From the NCBI GenBank assembly GCA_964016885.1, contig OZ024752.1, positions 23,746,001-23,810,000 of the forward strand: a stretch of DNA of 64,000 nt, read 5' to 3'. The notes beneath the pieces were generated by a model. The model ran no database searches. It worked only from the letters and a program-made list of their open reading frames with translations, and was not told where the DNA came from. The DNA is from Eledone cirrhosa. Lineage: Eukaryota. Shown piece after piece: positions 56,327-64,000 of this stretch; within the stretch, counting starts at the first letter, position 1; every line of letters starts with the position of its first letter. Both the position numbers and the translations under genes were made by a program.

Positions 56327-59300
56327 CTATTTATCTTTTCTTTTATCAACAACATGTATACATTGAGAAATAATTAGCTGCGAGTCCCTATAGTCTGGTA
56401 GTTTTGCCAGTAAAGCTTGAAGAGGATTCTTGTCATCGATGTCATATTGAACACGAAGGCGTACCGGTGGAGGGAACTCTATCCATTTCGGATCTTTGGG
56501 TAACATTGGTGTAGCAACTTCTGATACCGTATGAGGTTCTGTTGAAATCAATGGTACAATGTATACACTAGTCGATATTGTAGAAGTATCAGTTCCAATT
56601 TTACCAGAATCGGTTGAATCTTGAAATTAAAACAATAAACAAATGATTGAAAGGAATTTTTACAAATAATATGACTAACAATATTTTAATATTGGCTATA
56701 TTCAGGATTTAAAAATTGCGAAATGGTTTGACTTACATTGTATATCAAAGCTTATGCGGAGATTAGCTCTGAAATCTAAACCAACTACCATATATAAAAC
56801 TTATAATACACTCTGAGTCAAGTTTAAGACGAACATCTAAAGAGACAAAAAGAAAAAAAAAGACCAAAAGCTAGTTTAGAAATCCCCATCAATTGGAAGC
56901 AATTAGCATAATTCTATTTTAAATAAGCAGAATTCGAAATTAATCGGTTTGAAATGTTAATACAATTAGTGGAAATGTTTGCGGGAGGAGGAAAGACTCG
57001 TACAAAGTTTTCGGATTATATGTATTTACAAATACATAAAATAATAATTTAAAAAAAAAAAAAAAAAAAGTCCAAATGCAGTTTAAAATTGTCGGTAGAT
57101 TTAGCTTATTTGGATATTCAATATTGAATTTACCTCGTTTCACTTACATTAACAAAATGATTGAATGGCATTAACGTTCTTCAATTTAACTCAAATACCT
57201 TTGTGAATAATCCAGAACGGCTAGATGCGTTTTTAACTACCTCCACTCATCGTTGGAAATAACAGAATTTCGACCGTTTTTGTTTTTATTCCCCCTCTTA
57301 GCGGTAATTCAAAACTGCTATATCTGCGCGAGTTCCATCACACTCCATATACCAGGACTTGACCGACCGCTTCCTTTCCAGTCACTTTCGAAACCTCCGA
57401 TATACTCGTTCCCCGGACTACCGTTTTTCTCTGCAAAATCGGAGAGTACAGCCCGTCTAAGGGAGAAGCCCCCTGAAGTGGAACAGCTGATGCCGCGGGT
57501 GTCACTAGCTGTTCTCTGCGACAATGCATTCGCCATCTTGTCAGTGGGGTGCAGTTGAGATATACTGCCTAGCCAAGAGTGTAGAGTTTAACAATAACCA
57601 TCATAGTTAAAGAATTTGTAAAAACTATTTGTATATACTCACTCGAGTTAAAATTGGTAGAGTGTTCTTCAGATTGAACCGTTGGACATCCGCTTTCACT
57701 GTCGACCAGAGAAGGCTCGGTATAAACAAGGTAAGATTTAAATTCAAGTGTTTTCAGTGTTAACTTTCTTAACGTTACAAAATTTAACCGTTTTTATTTG
57801 GAGTATAGCGAAAAATTGACTATTAAATAGTCAAGTTTTAATAATAATTCTAGTAATGTATCAGAAATAACGAGATGAGGTTTACTGAAAACAGCTTTAT
57901 TTACTCTGCAATTACACAAATTAAATGTTATAAAACAAATTGCAAATATGTTAATATCCGTAGAAAACTCTCGAAAATGAATATAATGTGTGTATAGGAA
58001 CGCCGTAGTGGCATAGTGTGTTTGGGGCAATTTAAACTAAATTTGAACACAGCTGATTTTTTCCAGTATTAGACAAACTTTTTATATCAACCTCGAAAGG
58101 AAATCGATGGGATTTGAACTCAAAGAACCGGAACGAATACTGCAAAGCATTCAATCCAACTATAATTTAATCATAGAAATAATTTATTTTGTACTGTATA
58201 CAGGTGAATGCAAACATTCTGAAATGCTGTACCTAATCGGTTTCCAATCAGCTTTTGAAACTTTGTAGTTGGTACAAGTTGAAACTAGTTATGTACATTC
58301 ACCGCTTACCTATATTGTTGAGAAATAGATAATTGTTTCTATCAACTAAATTAGTGGAATTGTTTACAAGACATATTCCTGGAATTGTATTCAAAATTTT
58401 GACTTATTATTGGAGGTTTTCGTCAACCAACGACAGCATTTCGACTGACAATGCATTAAGTTCCCTTACAATTATTGCTTCAATTGAAATTAGCTTTCAT
58501 TCTGTTATCTTTATCGAACGTTAAAATAAATAAAGTTTTATGCAGTGTCAGCCGTTTCAACTGACGACTGGGAGTCGGTAAAACGTTACGCATTCATTAA
58601 ATATAGAAGAATGTTAAAATTAGATTCAATCAGTAAAAATAATTTTCTAAGCCCTCGAAGTCAGACATAAGCCATAGCCAATTTTTAAATCGGACCGTTG
58701 TGAAAAGCTCAGACAACAGGCTAATGAGTGTGCATGAAGCGTGCACAAGAAAATAATGTAAGCTAAGTTTTCTATTATAGTATATCTAGGACTGTAATAT
58801 CTAATGTGACACTCAAGATGATGGGGTATGATTAAAGAAAGATTTGGCGGATACTTTTAGCTAATCAAATGAGTAAGTAGAATTCTCCTTGTTGACTGGC
58901 TACAAAAACGTTATTAACGTATCTGACATACCTACCCTTCAATTAATTTTGCAGCGGCTTTCGAGCAATCTTTATCATAATTCTCAGCAACTTCTTTTGA
59001 ACATTTGATTTCACAATCATCTACAGCTTCTTTAGAGTAGCTGCTTTTACTATTTTCTTCTGAATATTCAACGTGATCTGACATATCATCTAGTTAGTTA
59101 TTTTACTGAACGAATTTCTCACACTCTCCAACGATCTTCTCGTCAGTCGAAGAGATGGTTTCCTTTGAGTAGATTGTTATTCTGGAAGTTTGAACATTAG
59201 TAATGACTGTATTAATGACAATGGAAAACATCTCTGAGTATTTATAGCATCGTGTGCTAGGTTACATTGAGACTGCCTCATTTTCTTTTCCTTTTTCTAG

Positions 59301-59370
59301 AATTTTTTTTATAGAAATTACCAGATGATGGTTTCAAATCTTGGTTCCATATTTGTTACACCTAAGTTGT
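56327..59370 (-). pseudogene. Possible decayed multi-exon host gene of unknown function
   Basis: Coding-like segments with minus-strand donor sites near 58935, 58310, 57642 and 57198, and a terminal open segment 56327-56619. In-frame stops in several segments; no recognisable domain. Confidence 0.3.
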
Positions 59371-59634
59371 AATATTTCATAGAAGATAACAGCAAGTAAA
59401 ATAATCATTAACAGATGGAACTTCACAAAACTAGATTCAATTTGTTTTTATATTAGTTGACTAAAAGAAAAATTGCTAAGCTGAACATACGTTCATATGT
59501 TTTGTATCTATATATGTGTATATGCAATTATTACATGCAGAATTTTTTGGAATGTTTTACATATTTTTACAGTTCCATTAATGGATTGTACTAACTATTC
59601 ATGTTCTTTCTGGTTCTGTGAAGCCCAGCTCCTA

Positions 59635-59890
59635 CGTATGTATGTATTTTGATACTATGTATGTACTTATATATGTATATACTTATGTATATACTTATGT
59701 AAGTATGTACTTATGTATGTATGTACTTATGTATGTATGTACTTATGTATGTATGTACTTATGTATGTATGTACTTATGTATGTATGTACTTACGTATGT
59801 ATGTACTTACGTATGTATGTACTTATGTACGTATGTATGTACTTATGTATGTATATACTTATGTATGTATGTACTTATGTATGTATGAAT
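59635..59890. repeat. ~16-bp minisatellite (ATGTATGTATGTACTT)n
   Basis: Direct reading. Confidence 0.9.
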
Positions 59891-60271
59891 GTATGTGTGT
59901 GTATATATATATGTGTGTGTGTGTGTGTTTTATATGAGTGTGTAATCGTGTTTTTCTATTATGTTGTCTATATGTTGGCCTTCATAGCAGATAACCTAAT
60001 AACGTTTCCTGTTCCGTTACCAATAACCAGAAAAGGAAACGGATGGAACTAAGCAATCCTTCAAACAACTCTTTGCTGTTATAGCTGCATTTGTTACAGA
60101 TACTATTGCTATTTTATTGTTCATTTCCTTGTTTGTTCTATCGACAAAGCAAAATTGGAGTTTTATCCTTTCTAGTATTGTTCATCATTACGATTTATAA
60201 AACAGCTCTTCTCAAATTACATTTTATATTTGTAATTTGCGAGCAATTTACGCAATATATATATATATATT

Positions 60272-60388
60272 AAAATAACAGATTAAAGTTTAAGCAAAGA
60301 ATCGCTGCTTTCACCCTTAACGGGATCTTCTGAAACTAAAAAAAATCAATCTGTGAACGCAGAAGTAAATATTTCGAAAAACGTTACA

Positions 60389-60454
<66 letters not shown>

Positions 60455-60870
60455 CGTCATAATGTCGTAATGCAGACAGACAGATATTATAAGGGCGCAA
60501 CGTTATATCTATGTATCTATCTAAAAAGAAAGACTAAGAATTATAGAGAGAGATCGCCTAATGCGGTCCCTAGGGCATTGAAAATTTGAAATATGTTTTT
60601 CTCAAAATACTCACAGGACCATAAGTATTACATGTGTAAAGTTTGAAAACAATCGGTTGGGTGGTTCTCGAGTTTTAGGGAGCTGACAGACAGACAGACA
60701 GACATTCTCTGTTTTAGATATATAGACTAGCAGAATGGCCCGGCGTTGCTCGGGATTTGCTCTAGGGTTGTTATATATTTGATATATATTTATCCTTATC
60801 GAGCCTTATGAAATAAATATGTTTGTTTATATTTTGTTATTGTGTATGCAAAAATATCTGTACACGAATC
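60272..60870 (-). mobile_element. Helitron-like non-autonomous element, head-to-tail junction near 60725
   Basis: The 5' portion is immediately followed on plus by the CTAGCAGAATGGCCCGG 3' end of an adjacent copy. Confidence 0.75.
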
Positions 60871-61179
60871 ATCATCATCATCATTTTACGTCCACTTTTC
60901 CCTGCTTGCAAGGGTGGGACGGGAACTGATTCTGGCTCGATTTCTACAGCTGGATGCCCTTCCTAACACCAACCTCATTTACAGTGAGTGCTGGGTGCTT
61001 TTTTGCCGTGGCACCTCCACGACCACTTTACAGTGAAATGATATGGACCCCAGTCCCTATCATCTCATTTCTACAGCTGAGTAAACTGGAGCAATGTGAC
61101 ATAAAGTGTCTTGCTCAAGTACACAACACATCACCCAGTCTGAGAATTGAACTCACAACCTTTCGATTGAATATATAAT

Positions 61180-61236
<57 letters not shown>

Positions 61237-61390
61237 CAGTACAGAGAAGTACGGAATACCTCGGCTTCGGGATGGTGTCTACATTTTGTGCTAGACGGAC
61301 AGACATTCTCTGATTTAGATATATAGATGATATCGACTATTATAAGAATCGATTTGGAATACAAAAGAGCAACAGTCTCAATGAAATAAT

Positions 61391-61573
61391 TGTTTCTACT
61401 TTTGGAACAAGGCCAGGAATTACCCCAGCGCATTACTGGTGCTTTATTTTATTGACCCCATAAGGGTGAAAGGCAAAGTTAACCTCAGCGGGATTTAAAC
61501 TCAGACCGTTAAGGGCCGTGGCTCTATGCTGCAAAGCATAGCATCTGACCTTCTACCAATACTGATAATCCAC
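61391..61573 (-). mobile_element. tRNA-derived SINE with 18-bp TSD
   Basis: CAGTCTCAATGAAATAAT at 61373-61390 and 61574-61591. Confidence 0.88.
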
Positions 61574-61996
61574 CAGTCTCAATGAAATAATGCGAGCAAC
61601 GTATCTCTTGCTTATTGAGCGACCATTTTCTAGTGCAGATGATAATAACATGTGTGTATGCGGATTGGAACAACATTTAAAAAAGTGAATTGCTCAAGGA
61701 CACAACGTGCCACCGGCAATAAAACTTATGACCTTACAAGCGTTCTAAGGTCTAAGCCACACGCCTTCATTATTACTTATATTTGTTTTGTTGATGTGAG
61801 GGTAGTCCAGTTCAACAAAACATAGGGAAATCATCATCACCACCACCACCATCACCACCATCGCCACCATCATTATCACCACTACCACCACCACCACCAT
61901 CATCACCATCATCACCATCACCACCTCCACCATCATCATCACCACCACCATCATTATCACCATCACTATCACCACCACCATCATCATCATCATCAT

Positions 61997-63202
61997 CGTT
62001 TAACGTCCATATTCCACGCTTGCATGGGTTTGGATGGGAGTTTTCCCACTTGAGGCAAGAGTGGTTGTCTTGCTCGCATAGGACTGTCTGGCCGGTTTTC
62101 TACGGCTGGATGCCCTTCCTAACACCAACCACATTTACAGTGTGGAACTGGGAAGTTTTTACCGTGTTACCTACACGGCCACATTACAGCGTGGACTGTG
62201 TGTTTTTTTGTTGTGACACCTACACGACCTCATTTGTTTCGGCCTGGATGTTGTGGTACCAACATAACTTTACATTGAAAGGGGTGGGGGTAGTGGGACG
62301 GGGTGTATTTTGTTAGAGGTGCCTACTGACTGTAGTAGGTTTTACTTTGTATTTAGGTAAGGCGGGTCTTCTCTATTACTGTGTAGCGCCAAAGATCTCA
62401 GTCCAGTGACATTGTCTTGGAGAGGTGTAAGTGTGTGAGGTCGGAATTTATCAAGTCGTCCCAGGTTTTTCTGGGTCTACCTACTCCATGGCAACCATCT
62501 ATTTTTATTGCCCTGCATTTTTTTATACAGCTGTCGTCTTTCATGTGCATCACGTGACCATACCAACGTTGGCTTCTCTCAAGTAAACATCTGATCCCTC
62601 TTATTTCTAATTTTTCCCTTAGTTCGTTTATGCTTTGCTGTTCACGTATATTACTATTACACATCCAGCGGAGCATGCAAGCTTCGTTCCTCTCTAGTCT
62701 GTGTATATCCTCTGCACACAATGCCCAGGTCTCACTGCCATGCAACATTGCTGTTCGTATGCAGGCATCGTATAACTTGCCTTTCATTTTTAGGGAGAAC
62801 CCTTTCGCGGTTAATAGTGGTATAAGCTCTCTGAACTTTTTCCATCCAGTTCTGACTCTAGCTATTGTACTTTCAGAGCACCCTCCCCCACTGCTGATTT
62901 TGTCACCCAGGTAACGGAAGCTGTCCACTATTTCTATAGAACCATCTGTGTAATTGAAAGAGCTAGTATTCAGTGGGCACTTGCTGCTACTTATTGCACC
63001 AGAGCACCGGCCACATATAAAATCTATGTTCTTAGTTAGCTTACCTGTGATCCCACTACATCTTTTATGCACCCATACTTTGCATTTGGGACATAAAATG
63101 GAGTTTCTACCTACTCCTTTCCTACACACTGAGCATGGCCATTTCCCGGATGGGACCGGTGCCCTATTTTCCTTCCTACAAACTAGAACTTTAGTCTTAG
63201 AC
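61997..63202 (-). mobile_element. 5'-truncated RTE LINE inserted in a (CAT/CAC)n tract
   Basis: SKTKVL..WPCSVCRKGVGRNSILCPKCKVWVHKRC..FRYLGD..MLHGSETW..RWYGHV..GRPRKTW; triplet repeats on both sides (61831-61996, 63203-63331). Confidence 0.9.
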
Positions 63203-63334
63203 ATCATCATCACCATCACCACCACCACCATCATTATCACCACTACCACCACCACCATCATCATTATCACCACCATCACCACCACCATCACCAACACCAC
63301 CGTCACCATCATCACCACCACCACCATCATAATG

Positions 63335-63612
63335 AATACAAGGAATCTGAGGTGGTGTGCAGGAGAGAAGACTGTGTTGGTTTGGACATGTGATGGACAT
63401 GGACAATGATCATTGGGTGAAGAAGTGTCAGGAAATGCCAGTGGAGGGAAGCCGCAGTAGAAGCAGACCAAGAAAAACCTGGGCAGAGGTTGTGAGAGGT
63501 GACCTCAAATCACTGAAACTCACAGAGGTGATGACATAGGATCGTGACGTGTGGAGAGATGCTGTGCTGAGACATGGAAAAGCAGATGTAAAAATCACAA
63601 CGATGATAATGA
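63335..63612 (+). mobile_element. RTE LINE 3' fragment
   Basis: ERRLCWFGHVM..CQEMPVEG..RPRKTW; similar to 18930-19200. Confidence 0.85.
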
Positions 63613-64000
63613 TTTAATGAATAACTGTGGTTAAACTATCATCGTCACCATCATATTTATGCCTACTCTTCCATAATGGCATAGGTTGAATGGAAATTTT
63701 TGAGGCAGTGTTTTAAGGCCAGATGCTCTTCCTGATACCAACCCTTTTAGTTGCCTTTTTTTATGATACAGAGGAACATCTTGTACCTATTCTAGAAAAG
63801 ACACATTGCTATTGATCATAGGTCTGTTTAATGGGAAGTTAACCTGAGGCTATTTGCAGCAACAACAGACATTTCATTAAGGTTTCATTATGTGGGTCTT
63901 GTATTGAGACAACAGATGTAATAACACACAACACACTGAATGAACTGTTGGCACATTTTTTTTTTTTATTAAATACATAATGTAAACAAGGCGCAGACAT

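Noticed and set aside
62398-63471. 357-aa ORF as a single protein
   Set aside because: Chimera of an antisense RTE fragment, a triplet repeat and an RTE C-terminus.

Overview
AT-rich, microsatellite-dense animal genomic DNA. The tRNA-derived SINE family and RTE/Helitron repeats resemble those of octopod cephalopods; the organism call is an inference. No intact host gene is visible, only a possible decayed multi-exon locus at ~56-59 kb. Positions ~1-48 kb hold five divergent Penelope-like retroelements (PLEs) with Naiad-type motifs (RT GLYRDD, CNC..CPL..C knuckle, C-terminal GIY-YIG) and several short non-coding relatives. Most carry a type-I-like hammerhead ribozyme (HHR), which I identified by eye at more than 20 positions. 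The main pattern is that these insertions sit in (TA)n/(TG)n tracts and have two element 3' ends in inverted orientation. Both arms run past the HHR cleavage site: one stops ~20-80 nt beyond it and the other ~80-135 nt further, each at a TA-like microhomology. Two non-coding families also form head-to-tail arrays of ~452 and ~557 bp with one HHR per unit (retrozyme-like). This suggests two-ended, microsatellite-primed reverse transcription from circular or multimeric HHR-processed RNA, which is a hypothesis. The rest is RTE, CR1-like and CRE LINE fragments (one RTE with a 2.1-kb open frame and TSD), SINEs, Helitron derivatives and simple repeats. Coordinates were read manually and boundaries may be off by some bases.
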